Source: Chthonomonadales bacterium (GTDB lineage Bacteria > Armatimonadota > Chthonomonadetes > Chthonomonadales > CAJBBX01). From it: a stretch of DNA of 64,000 nt. Below the pieces are notes generated by a model. The model searched no databases and was not told where the DNA came from. It saw only the letters and a program-made list of their open reading frames with translations. The position numbers and the translations under genes are program-made. Below are positions 26,527-35,364 of the stretch, piece by piece. Every line of letters starts with the position of its first letter. The stretch's first letter is position 1. The stretch is taken from NCBI GenBank assembly GCA_013360745.1, contig JABWBA010000010.1:646-64645 (forward strand), written 5' to 3'.

Positions 26527-28191
26527 ATGCGTCGGATAATCGGAGGTGCGGGGATGGTCGCGGCGCTGCTCTGGGCGTCGCTCGGGATCAGCCGCTCGGA
26601 TTCCGGGGCGAGTCGGCTGAAGAAGCTGCCGGTGCAGCATCGGGTCGATGGAAGGCCGCTGCTCGGTTCGTACAACGTCGACGACGTCAACGGCATCGCC
26701 CGGATGGCCGCCATGGGCATGAACCTCGTCCTCGGCGGCGAGGAGCATCTCGACCCGGCCAAACCGCTCGGGAGTGCCTGCGCGGAGCACAACGTTCGCG
26801 TGCTGTACCATCTGACCCAGCACATCTACGGCAAGCCCCGGCTGGCGGCGCGCGTGACCCCGAGTCAGACCACCATCCCCCTCTACACCGAGGGCGCCGG
26901 CGCATTCCCCAAGCAGGGCACGATCCAGCTCGATGACGAGGTCATCGTCTACGAGGATTCCACCGAAAACACGCTGCTTCGGTGCCATCGAGGGTCAGCC
27001 GGAACCAAACCCGCCGCGCACCGGGTCGGCACGATTCTCTTCTGGCCTGATCAGGCGGCGGCCGAGATCGGGCGCGTTCGCAGTTCGCCGAATCTCTGGG
27101 GCTATTACGTGCTGGACGATAGCCCGGGCGACGCTCTCTCCGCGCTGACGGCGCTCTATCGGATCGCGAAACGACTCGATCCGGGGCGGGTCGTCGCGGC
27201 CGGATACGGGAGCGCCGGTTCGTTGTGCAACTTCGGCCCCGGCGTCTGCGACCTGATGCTTGTCTACTGGTACCCGGTCTTCGCCAGCGGCAACTACGAT
27301 CCGCTGCTCACCAGTCATCAGGTCCAGTGGATGATGGCAGAGGCCCGACGCATCGTGCCAGGGATCCCGTTCGCGGGAGTCTATCAGACCTTCGATGCGG
27401 CGTTTGAACGCCCGGAGAACCTGGGCAAGGGGCTGCCCACCCCCGAGCAGCTGCGCAAACAGATGGAGGACTTCGTCCGTGAGGGGGCGTGCGGGCTCAT
27501 CGCCTATCTCGGAGGCGTGCCGATCCTCCCCGGCTGGGAGACGCGGCCGGCGCTCCAGCGGGTGATTCAGGAGACGAACGCGGAGATCCGCGCGAAAGGC
27601 GGGCTGCTGCTGCCGCCCGAGCCGCCGGATATGGCTGCGGCTCGAACGTTCCCGATGGGATTCTGGAGCCGGGCCTCGAGCATCCCGGGCATTCCGCCGG
27701 CGTGGCACGTGATCCTGCCCTTTGGCCCCACGGGCGCGGCAGGCCTCGACGCGCAGTATCCGCCGGATCGGGAGATCCGCCTGGACGCCGAATACCCGTC
27801 CGACCAGCTGTCGATCGGCTGGATCGTGCGGCGGACGATCGGCGGCGTCATCGGCCTCGGCGAGATCGCGGCGATGGCCTCCGCGACACGGGAGGCGATG
27901 GCCTACGCCACCTGCGAGGTCATCAGCCCCGCCGAGCAAAAGGCGCTGCTGGCCTGCGGGAGCGACGACGACATGATCGTTCGCCTCAACGGCGAGGAGA
28001 TCGTACGGCGCGTGTACGCCGGAGGTCTCAAGAGAGACGCGGAACGATGGGAAATCACGCTGCGGCAAGGGGTGAACCGCCTCTTCGTCAAGGTGCATAA
28101 CAGAGCCGGCATGTGGGGCTTCCAGGTCCGCCTTCTGAGCAAGGACGGGCAACCGCTCCGCGGATTACGATTCAGCCCTGCCGCTCCATAA
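26527..28191 (+). CDS. Secreted glycosidase-like barrel protein with an inserted module and a C-terminal beta-sandwich
   Basis: Signal peptide, PNLWGYYVLDDSP, C-terminal GSDD..VRLNG...LRQGVNRLFVKV, RBS GGAGGTG. Confidence 0.7.
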   Translation: MRRIIGGAGMVAALLWASLGISRSDSGASRLKKLPVQHRVDGRPLLGSYNVDDVNGIARMAAMGMNLVLGGEEHLDPAKPLGSACAEHNVRVLYHLTQHIYGKPRLAARVTPSQTTIPLYTEGAGAFPKQGTIQLDDEVIVYEDSTENTLLRCHRGSAGTKPAAHRVGTILFWPDQAAAEIGRVRSSPNLWGYYVLDDSPGDALSALTALYRIAKRLDPGRVVAAGYGSAGSLCNFGPGVCDLMLVYWYPVFASGNYDPLLTSHQVQWMMAEARRIVPGIPFAGVYQTFDAAFERPENLGKGLPTPEQLRKQMEDFVREGACGLIAYLGGVPILPGWETRPALQRVIQETNAEIRAKGGLLLPPEPPDMAAARTFPMGFWSRASSIPGIPPAWHVILPFGPTGAAGLDAQYPPDREIRLDAEYPSDQLSIGWIVRRTIGGVIGLGEIAAMASATREAMAYATCEVISPAEQKALLACGSDDDMIVRLNGEEIVRRVYAGGLKRDAERWEITLRQGVNRLFVKVHNRAGMWGFQVRLLSKDGQPLRGLRFSPAAP

Positions 28192-28243
28192 TGTCGCGTC
28201 GAACGCGGAAGGACGGGATCACACCCATGAAAGGATCCGAACG

Positions 28244-29020
28244 ATGAGACCGATCGTCCCACTGGCCGGCGCAATCCTGCTGGCGATAGGGATCGCCGCC
28301 CAACCCGTGCAACGCCGAACGACGTGGACCCCGCTGTTCAACGGCAAGGACCTGACCGGCTGGACGCCCAAGATCAAAGGGCTACCGCTCGGCCAGGACC
28401 CGAAGAGGACGTTCCGGGTGGAGAACGGGGTCCTGAAGGTGTCGTACAGCGCGTACGATCAGTTCGACGGCGCGTTCGGCCACTTGTATTACAGGCGAAA
28501 GCTCTCCCGGTACGCCATTCGCACGGTCTACCGGTTCGTCGGCGAGCAATGCCCAGGAGGGCCGGGCTGGGCGTTCCGGAACAGCGGCATCATGCTGCAT
28601 TGCCAGCCGCCCGCCACCATGCGGGTGGATCAGGACTTCCCCGTTTCGATTGAGGCCCAACTGCTCGGTGGTGACGGGCGGGGCGAACGGCCGACGGCGA
28701 ACGTCTGCACGCCCGGCACGAACATCGTCATGGACGGCAAGCTGATCACCCAGCACTGCAGCAACTCCCGATCGAAGACCTACCACGGGGACCAGTGGGT
28801 GACCGCCGAAATCGAGGTCCATGGCGGGGGCAGGATCGTGCATCGGATCAACGGCGAGGACGTGCTCGAATACGAACAGCCGCAGCTGGACCCGACCGAC
28901 GCCGACGCCGCGCGATTGGTCCGTGCGAACAAGCTCCTCCTTGAGGAAGGCTACATCGCGCTGCAGGCGGAGAGCCACCCGGTCGAGTTCAAGAGCGTGG
29001 AGCTTAGAATGCTCCGATAG
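28244..29020 (+). CDS. DUF1080 (3-keto-disaccharide hydrolase-like) protein
   Basis: LFNGKDLTGW, NSGIM, SIEAQLLG, GYIALQAESHP. Confidence 0.92.
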   Translation: MRPIVPLAGAILLAIGIAAQPVQRRTTWTPLFNGKDLTGWTPKIKGLPLGQDPKRTFRVENGVLKVSYSAYDQFDGAFGHLYYRRKLSRYAIRTVYRFVGEQCPGGPGWAFRNSGIMLHCQPPATMRVDQDFPVSIEAQLLGGDGRGERPTANVCTPGTNIVMDGKLITQHCSNSRSKTYHGDQWVTAEIEVHGGGRIVHRINGEDVLEYEQPQLDPTDADAARLVRANKLLLEEGYIALQAESHPVEFKSVELRMLR

Positions 29021-29032
29021 CCGGGGCCGCGC

Positions 29033-29707
29033 TCAGCCAGGCGGCGGAGTCGATCGGCGGGCAGCCGGGCAGAGGTGGGCGACCGGGCATTCGTCGCATC
29101 GGGGACGACGGGCCTCGCAGAGGTCCCGGCCGTGGAGCACGATCGTATGGCCCAGGATCGTCCACTGCGCCCGCGGAAACAGCGCCATTAGATCCCGTTC
29201 GACCTTCACCGGGTCGGTATGCTCCGTCCATCCGAGCCGCCGGGCGATTCGAAGCACATGGGTATCGACGACCACGCCGTCATTACGCCCGAACGCGGCG
29301 CCGAGGATGACGTTCGCCGTCTTCCTGGCGACCCCGCGCAGCGTCAGCAGCTCCTCCATGGTGTTGGGCACTATCCCGCCGAACCGATCGACGACGTCCC
29401 GGCTCATGGCGATGAGGCTCTTCGTCTTTTGCCGGAAGAAGCCCGTCGGGTGGACGATCGCCTCAACCTCCGCCGGATCGGCGGCTGCCAGCGCTGCGGC
29501 ATCGGCGAAGCGTGCGAAGAGACGGGGCGTCACTTCGTTTACCCGAACGTCCGTGCACTGCGCGCTCAGGATCGTGGCGCAGAGGAGCTGCCAGGCGTCT
29601 TGATGGTCCAGGGCGCAGCGGGCGTCCGGATATCGCTCCCTGAGGAGCTCCAGGACCCGGGCTGCGACCGCTTGCGCCGCTGCGTTCCCGTCCGATGCTG
29701 AGGCCAT
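29033..29707 (-). CDS. nth: Endonuclease III
   Basis: ATILSAQCTD, HhH motif GVARKTAN, VDTHV, and C-x6-C-x2-C-x5-C Fe-S motif. Confidence 0.97.
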   Translation of the reverse strand: MASASDGNAAAQAVAARVLELLRERYPDARCALDHQDAWQLLCATILSAQCTDVRVNEVTPRLFARFADAAALAAADPAEVEAIVHPTGFFRQKTKSLIAMSRDVVDRFGGIVPNTMEELLTLRGVARKTANVILGAAFGRNDGVVVDTHVLRIARRLGWTEHTDPVKVERDLMALFPRAQWTILGHTIVLHGRDLCEARRPRCDECPVAHLCPAARRSTPPPG

Positions 29708-29714
29708 CCCTGCT

Positions 29715-30584
29715 TCAACCCTCCGGCGCGAAGAAGATCGGCTGCGTCCAGGCCCGCGCCGCCCCCCGCCCGTAACAATCGATCCGCGCATAGCCCACCG
29801 CCCCGTCGCGTGGTCGATAGACGGCCGATGGTCCGTCCGACTTGTGCAGGAGCCGCCCATGCGGGCCGATGTAACGGATGTGCTCCCCGTTCGAGGTGTC
29901 CACGACGATGGTTCCACCCTCCACGCTCACGCGGACGATGTCAACGCCCGTGCTGGCGTAGAACCGGCCGTTGCGCAGCGCGTCCATCACCCCGTCGCGG
30001 CTCTCCTCCGTGAGCTGCGCCATCAGCCAGCCGTGGCCGATCAGCCGTTCATGATGGGTATCGTCATGGGCGAAGCCCCAGGCGGGGATGCCCGACGAGA
30101 GCAGCTGATCCCAGCGATCCATGGCCAACGCCTCCCCTTCGAGGTATTCGACCACGCCGTTGTAGATCTCGATCCCCGCGTAGCCGGTCAGGCTCTCCAT
30201 CTCCTTCTGCGGAAAGTGGTTGTAATCCGCCTCCCAGTTCGGGTGATTCAGGATCCCGATCCCGCCCAACTGGGCGATCTCGTCGAGCGCTTGCTGGCGC
30301 GATCGTCTGTGGGACGGGACCGTCTCGACGCCGACGGCGAGGATATGCGGTCCGCCTCCCACCTCGACGCCGGGAATCATGATCAGGCCTTGAGGAGCCT
30401 CCACTGGCCACGTCAGCGTGTCATGATCCGAGATGCAAAGGAATGCGTAGCCGAGCCGTCCGTACGCTGCGGCGGTATCCGCCGGGCTGAGTGTGCCGTC
30501 GCTCTGCGTGGTGTGGGTGTGCAGGTTGCCGCGGCGCCATGTATAGCCGGCGGCCAGATAAGGGCTCTGAAATGACAGGGGCAT
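29715..30584 (-). CDS. PHP-domain (CehA/McbA-like) metallohydrolase
   Basis: RGNLHTHTTQSDG, ISDHD, LNHPNW, FAHDDTH. Confidence 0.9.
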   Translation of the reverse strand: MPLSFQSPYLAAGYTWRRGNLHTHTTQSDGTLSPADTAAAYGRLGYAFLCISDHDTLTWPVEAPQGLIMIPGVEVGGGPHILAVGVETVPSHRRSRQQALDEIAQLGGIGILNHPNWEADYNHFPQKEMESLTGYAGIEIYNGVVEYLEGEALAMDRWDQLLSSGIPAWGFAHDDTHHERLIGHGWLMAQLTEESRDGVMDALRNGRFYASTGVDIVRVSVEGGTIVVDTSNGEHIRYIGPHGRLLHKSDGPSAVYRPRDGAVGYARIDCYGRGAARAWTQPIFFAPEG

Positions 30585-30762
30585 GTGGTTCTCCCAGGAT
30601 CGTTCGGATGGTACGAGGACGATCGGTGATCGATTCAGGATACCGGACCGCGAAAAAAGTTCGGGAATCTTCGGTCCAGGCCTTGCAGGAACCGATGACA
30701 TAACGTCAAACTAAGACGTCGGTGGCGCCGGCGTTCATGCGCGCCCCACAGGAGGATGCCCC

Positions 30763-31266
30763 ATGAGATGGGGAACGATCTGCCTTGCGGCTGGAATGCT
30801 GCTTGCCCTTCGGGTTCCAAGCGCAGCGCAGTACGATGATGCAAGCAGCAAGCCATGGTCCCTTACTCTCGGCGCGTTCATTCCGACGAGCAACTACGTC
30901 GCCGGAGTACCGTCGGAGGATGTCGGCGTCACTGCTTCTCTTGCGTATACGCTCTCACAGAACGATCACGAGACGATACTGGGCCGCTTCCGCTATTCCC
31001 AGTACAAGATGAAGGACGACAACTCGATCCAGCTCGCCAGCCCGATGGTGGAGTACCGGGTCAACCTCTCCTCGCCGACGTACCTCGCCCTCGCCGTTGG
31101 AGCCGTTCTGGGTCATTATGAGACCGGAACGAGCTCGACCAGCTTGGCCTTTGAAGTTGGTGTGGGCTGGAATGTCAACAACAATCTCCTGCTGGAAGGA
31201 CGACTCATCAGGGGTTCGACGGTCGGTGAGCACGGAGTTGCGCTCAGCGCCGGACTGCGGTTCTAG
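30763..31266 (+). CDS. Small outer-membrane beta-barrel protein
   Basis: Signal peptide, alternating amphipathic strands, C-terminal LRF, RBS AGGAGGA. Confidence 0.7.
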   Translation: MRWGTICLAAGMLLALRVPSAAQYDDASSKPWSLTLGAFIPTSNYVAGVPSEDVGVTASLAYTLSQNDHETILGRFRYSQYKMKDDNSIQLASPMVEYRVNLSSPTYLALAVGAVLGHYETGTSSTSLAFEVGVGWNVNNNLLLEGRLIRGSTVGEHGVALSAGLRF

Positions 31267-31289
31267 AGAGCGGAAAGGGATAACAATCG

Positions 31290-31445
31290 ATGAGACCAAC
31301 CACACGTCGGACTCTGCGCAACGCCTTCCTGCTCTGCCTCGTCGCCATAGCAACCTCGTCGTTGCTTGGCTGCGGCGGGCCTCTGGAGCCCGGACATGAT
31401 TACGATTATGAGTCCGCCCGGATGAACCAGACTCAGAGCCGATAA
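31290..31445 (+). CDS. Small lipoprotein (51 aa), not in the ORF track
   Basis: MRPTTRRTLRNAFLLCLVAIATSSLLG-CGGPLEPGHDYDYESARMNQTQSR, with RBS AAAGGGA, a basic n-region, an h-region and an LLGC lipobox. Confidence 0.7.
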   Translation: MRPTTRRTLRNAFLLCLVAIATSSLLGCGGPLEPGHDYDYESARMNQTQSR

Positions 31446-31528
31446 CCTGGCCGATCGGCCTTCGGTCCGAGTCGACGCCCGCGCTCCAGCGGGCCGACAG
31501 GGCCGCTGGGCGTAAGAGCAACGAAACG

Positions 31529-31555
31529 ACGGGGCGCCCGCATGGGGCGCCCCGT
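31529..31555. terminator. Perfect 11-bp hairpin between convergent genes
   Basis: ACGGGGCGCCC-GCATG-GGGCGCCCCGT. Confidence 0.6.
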
Positions 31556-31600
31556 ACTCGTTCCGCCGGTTCGCGCGGTTCGCGTTGATCCGCTCTGACG

Positions 31601-32455
31601 CTAACCCAGTCCCGGCACGAAGAACTGCTCGAGGTACATTTTGCCGACGAGGAAGCCCTCCTCGCGCCCGACGGCCCCGTCCTCATGCTCAATGGAGAGA
31701 ACGCCGTTGAAGCCGTTATGGCGGAGGGCGCTGATGTACTCGCCCCAGCGGATGATCCCCAGCCCGGGGATGACATAGCGCCACCAGCCGGCGTCATGCT
31801 GATTGCCGACCCAGGACCGGCGCGCCGCATTGACCTCGGTGTCCTTGGCGTGGCTGTGGAAGATGCGGGACGCAAACGCCTCGACTGCGTGGATATAGTC
31901 GATGTCCTGCCAGGCGAGGTGCGAGGGGTCGAAGTTCAGGCCGAAGCTCGGGTTGGGCACGACTTCGAAGAGCCGCTGCCAGTGCCCGAGATGCTGGATG
32001 TTGGTGGCGTACCAGTTCTCCAGTGCGATCCGGACGCCGTTTGCCGCGGCGTACTCCGCCAGCGGCGTGAAGACTTCGACGCAGTCCTCCTCGATCGTCT
32101 GCATCTTGCTCTTGCCGGGCACCGGCATGCCCGCGAGGGTACAGACGACGTCCACATCGAGGAGCTTCGCGGCGTCGATGGCTTTCCGAACAGTATCGTT
32201 CGCGGCCGCCCGCTTCGCGGGATCCGAATCCGTATTGTTGGTGTATGCGGCGAGAGAGCTGATCTGCAGGGCGCGATCGTCGAGCAACTCCCTGACCCGT
32301 GCGGCGTCGGCGGCGGTGAAGTTGGTCAGGTCGATGTGCTTGCTGCCCGGGCCGGCGATGATCTCGAGCCCGCCGAAACGGTATTCGCCTGCGAAGGCGG
32401 CAACATGCTCCAGAGGCTCGTTGCCGAAGGGAGCGGTCAGAATACCGACGTACAT
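31601..32455 (-). CDS. Sugar-phosphate isomerase/epimerase (xylose-isomerase-like TIM barrel)
   Basis: IALEN, NFDPSH, HSHAKD and SIEHED metal ligands. Start MYVG with RBS GGAGG. Confidence 0.9.
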   Translation of the reverse strand: MYVGILTAPFGNEPLEHVAAFAGEYRFGGLEIIAGPGSKHIDLTNFTAADAARVRELLDDRALQISSLAAYTNNTDSDPAKRAAANDTVRKAIDAAKLLDVDVVCTLAGMPVPGKSKMQTIEEDCVEVFTPLAEYAAANGVRIALENWYATNIQHLGHWQRLFEVVPNPSFGLNFDPSHLAWQDIDYIHAVEAFASRIFHSHAKDTEVNAARRSWVGNQHDAGWWRYVIPGLGIIRWGEYISALRHNGFNGVLSIEHEDGAVGREEGFLVGKMYLEQFFVPGLG

Positions 32456-32634
32456 TGCATAAGTCCTCCATTTCTTGTTGACCGGGGTCCTCGCGCCACA
32501 CGGCAGCGCAACCACGATCCGCACGTCAAGCCCGGCAACCGCGTCGTCAGCGCGGATGCTGCGTATGGTCTATTCCACACCGCACACAGGGTTCCTGCCG
32601 TTCGCCCCGCAACCGTTCTGCGAACCGAGCCCTT

Positions 32635-32709
32635 GCCGCTTCAGAGGTTGTAACCTGAAGCGGCTCCGGATGCTATGATGTCATAGAACACGGACGCGTT
32701 ACGCGTCCG
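32635..32709. promoter_or_regulatory. Three consecutive inverted repeats overlapping an extended -10 box
   Basis: GCCGCTTCAG-N10-CTGAAGCGGC, CTATGA-TG-TCATAG and CGGACGCGT-T-ACGCGTCCG. TGcTATGAT at 32671-32679. Confidence 0.6.
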
Positions 32710-32739
32710 CAGCGAATCGGCGTGAGGAGCCAGAGGCCC

Positions 32740-33252
32740 ATGGGGCGTATTGTGGGACGACAACGGATCCGAGAAGGCCGCAGCCTCGGCGAGCGAGCTT
32801 CTGAGATCGTCGTGTACGTGGTGATCGCAGCCGCGCTCATCTGGGGCGGACGATGGTACTTCGTCGTCTACAGCAAATCGCCCAAGGTCGCCATGGCGCG
32901 CTATCTTGGTCTCGTCAAGTCGGGCAACGTCAAGGAGCAGTTCGCCATGCTGTCGTCGGCGTCGCAGACTTACTTCGGCACCCCTTCTCAGTACGAGGAT
33001 AAATGGCCGCCCGCGCAGAAGCTCACCGGCAGGGTGGCCGGGTGGGAGATCGGCGAGATCAAAGAGAGTGGAGATAAAGCCGAGGTCCCGGTTACGCTCA
33101 ATGTCCGCAAGGCGGGCCAGGAACTGTATCAAGCCGCGAGCGACCCCTATACGGACGACTACGTCCTCGTAAAAGAACAGCAAGGATGGCGCATTGCTCT
33201 GGAACAGAGCCATATCACCTCGGTCGAAGCGGCCAAAACGGCACGCTATTGA
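32740..33252 (+). CDS. Membrane-anchored hypothetical protein (NTF2/DUF4878-like fold suspected)
   Basis: One TM helix, then SPKVAMARYLGLVKSG...ESGDKAEVPVT...VLVKEQQGWRI. Confidence 0.7.
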   Translation: MGRIVGRQRIREGRSLGERASEIVVYVVIAAALIWGGRWYFVVYSKSPKVAMARYLGLVKSGNVKEQFAMLSSASQTYFGTPSQYEDKWPPAQKLTGRVAGWEIGEIKESGDKAEVPVTLNVRKAGQELYQAASDPYTDDYVLVKEQQGWRIALEQSHITSVEAAKTARY

Positions 33253-33300
33253 TCTCCGTCCTCCGATCGCTCGACAGCCAGATGTTGAAAGGACAGCCCC

Positions 33301-34206
33301 ATGCAGCAATGCGCTAAGTGCGCCTCGAGCGTACCGGATGGACGGACTTCGTGTCAGATCTGCGGAGCGGAGCTCGATCCGGCCACCTCGAAAGCCTCCG
33401 GGCCGACCGGCTTGCAGGCCCCGGTCCTGAGCGCCAGTCCCGCAGCTCAGGACGTCGATGCCCAGAACCTGCCCGGCATACCGGGTGTCGATAGGCCCGA
33501 CGCGCCGGAGGACGTCCTGGCCAAGCAGATCGGCGGCGGAGCGCCGCGGGCATCAGGGGGTGTGGAGCTTCGGCGAACCCTGGCCGGCGATATCATCGAA
33601 GTGCCGGTCAGCGGTCCGGTCCGAGCTGGCGGGCCGCTCCTCGGCGATACGAAACCGGGCGGTCCACCGCCCAGGCCCATCCCGACCGCCGGCGGCCCTC
33701 GGCGGTCGAGCCTGCCGCCGCAGAAGCAATCCGCCATGGATGGCGAGGACGGCGGGGGCGGCGGCACATCCAGCGTCGGGCTGATCCTTGTCATCCTCCT
33801 TGTGATCGTGCTTGCGGGAGGCGCCGGCGGTTACTGGTACTGGCAGCAGTCGAGGCCTGCCGCTGCGGTGACCTTGTTTATGGAATCCGTCAATGCGCAT
33901 AAGTGGAACGAGGTCTATGACCAGATGGAGCTTCCGGCCCAGGTTAGCCAGCAGCTCACCAAAGAGACATTCCAGCAGATGATGAGCCTCATGGGGAGCA
34001 ATCTGAAGATCGGGTCCGTCAAGATCGAAGGGACGACGATCACGGGCGACACGGCAAAGGTGAAGGTCACGGCAACCACCACCATCGGCGCAGCCAGCAA
34101 GACGGACACGACCGATATTCCGCTCCGGATGGTGAACGGTATCTGGAAAATAGACTTCGCATCGGGCGGAGCCGGTCTTCCTGGCGTCGGAGCGCCGGGC
34201 CGCTAG
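33301..34206 (+). CDS. Zinc-ribbon / Pro-Gly linker / TM / NTF2-like protein
   Basis: CAKC-x10-CQIC, one TM helix, then ITGDTAKVKV...LRMVNGIWKI. Confidence 0.75.
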   Translation: MQQCAKCASSVPDGRTSCQICGAELDPATSKASGPTGLQAPVLSASPAAQDVDAQNLPGIPGVDRPDAPEDVLAKQIGGGAPRASGGVELRRTLAGDIIEVPVSGPVRAGGPLLGDTKPGGPPPRPIPTAGGPRRSSLPPQKQSAMDGEDGGGGGTSSVGLILVILLVIVLAGGAGGYWYWQQSRPAAAVTLFMESVNAHKWNEVYDQMELPAQVSQQLTKETFQQMMSLMGSNLKIGSVKIEGTTITGDTAKVKVTATTTIGAASKTDTTDIPLRMVNGIWKIDFASGGAGLPGVGAPGR

Positions 34207-34215
34207 GCGCCGTTC

Positions 34216-35280
34216 CTATTCGGCGGCCGGATAGGAGCCGAGCACGGTCAGAAACAGCGTCTGCTCCTTCAGCTGTTTCAGAGCGCGGGCGACGCAGTCG
34301 TCCCGGACGTGCCCCTGCACATCCACATAGAAGACGTATTCCCAGACGGCCACCTTGGCCGGTCGGCTTTCGATCATCGTCAGATTGACGTCGTACTTCT
34401 CAAACGCCGCCATCGCCCGGAACAGCGCTCCCGCACGGTGGTGCACCGAGAACATCAGCGACGTTTTATCGCGACCGGTCGGATCCGGCTCGTTATAGCC
34501 GAGCACGAGGAACCGGGTACGGTTCGATGGATTGTCCTCGGTATGTTCTACGAGGATCGGGATGCCCGTCAGTTCGGCGGCCAGCGCCGGGCAGAGCGCT
34601 GCGGAGCCCGCGTCCCCTGCAGCCGCCTCCGCAGCCCGTACCGTGCTGCCGGACTCGATAACTTCGACGCCGGGAAGGTGAGCCCGAAGCCATTGCTTGC
34701 ACTGCGCCAGTGGCTGAGGATGGGAGTAGAGCGTCCGAATCTCTTCGAGACTGGCGCAGTTCGTGGCGAGATTGTGGACCACTGGCACAAATAGCTCGGA
34801 TACGACCCGGACGTTGCTCTGCAGGAACGTGTCCAGCGTCTCGGGAATCACACCCGCGAGGGAGTTCTCGACGGGGACGACGCCATAGTCGCACGACCCT
34901 CGCTCCACCCTGGCGAAGATATCGGGAATCGCTTCGCACGGCTCGATCGCCGAAGAGGTGCCGAACCGGGTGATGGCCGCCTGATGGGAGAACGTGCCCG
35001 GAGGGCCGAGAAACGCGATGGAGAGCGGCTTCTCGAGGGCGCGGCATGCCGAGATGATCTCGCGATAGACGGCCCGAAGGGCTTCCGGCGGCAACGGCCC
35101 CTTCCCCAACGCGGAGAGACGCTGGAGAATCGCCCGCTCCCGTTCAGGGGTAAAATAGTGCGTTCGCGTATTCGCCTTATGGCGCCCGATTTCCGAGGCT
35201 ACGGCTGCACGCCGATTGAGGAGCTCAACGATACGATCGTCAATGGTATCGATTTCTTTACGCAAGTCATGGACCGACAT
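34216..35280 (-). CDS. pheA: Chorismate mutase / prephenate dehydratase
   Basis: LRKEIDTIDDRIVELLNRR, LGPPGTFSH, VPVENS, NRTRF, and ACT domain LTMIESRP. Confidence 0.97.
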   Translation of the reverse strand: MSVHDLRKEIDTIDDRIVELLNRRAAVASEIGRHKANTRTHYFTPERERAILQRLSALGKGPLPPEALRAVYREIISACRALEKPLSIAFLGPPGTFSHQAAITRFGTSSAIEPCEAIPDIFARVERGSCDYGVVPVENSLAGVIPETLDTFLQSNVRVVSELFVPVVHNLATNCASLEEIRTLYSHPQPLAQCKQWLRAHLPGVEVIESGSTVRAAEAAAGDAGSAALCPALAAELTGIPILVEHTEDNPSNRTRFLVLGYNEPDPTGRDKTSLMFSVHHRAGALFRAMAAFEKYDVNLTMIESRPAKVAVWEYVFYVDVQGHVRDDCVARALKQLKEQTLFLTVLGSYPAAE

Positions 35281-35364
35281 GTCGCCTGATGCTCTCCTCC
35301 TGGAAGTCCCGGCATGGTCCGGGCGATGCGTTCGCCCCGGTCCAGCCCGCGCCCGGCGGATCCG

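Noticed and set aside
30686-30720. GGAACC...GTCAAA as a sigmaE-type promoter
   Set aside because: The spacing is about 11 nt, too short for the usual 16-17 nt.
31559-31587. Three degenerate 9-mers (GTTCCGCCG GTTCGCGCG GTTCGCGTT)
   Set aside because: Too short and degenerate to separate from chance at this GC content.
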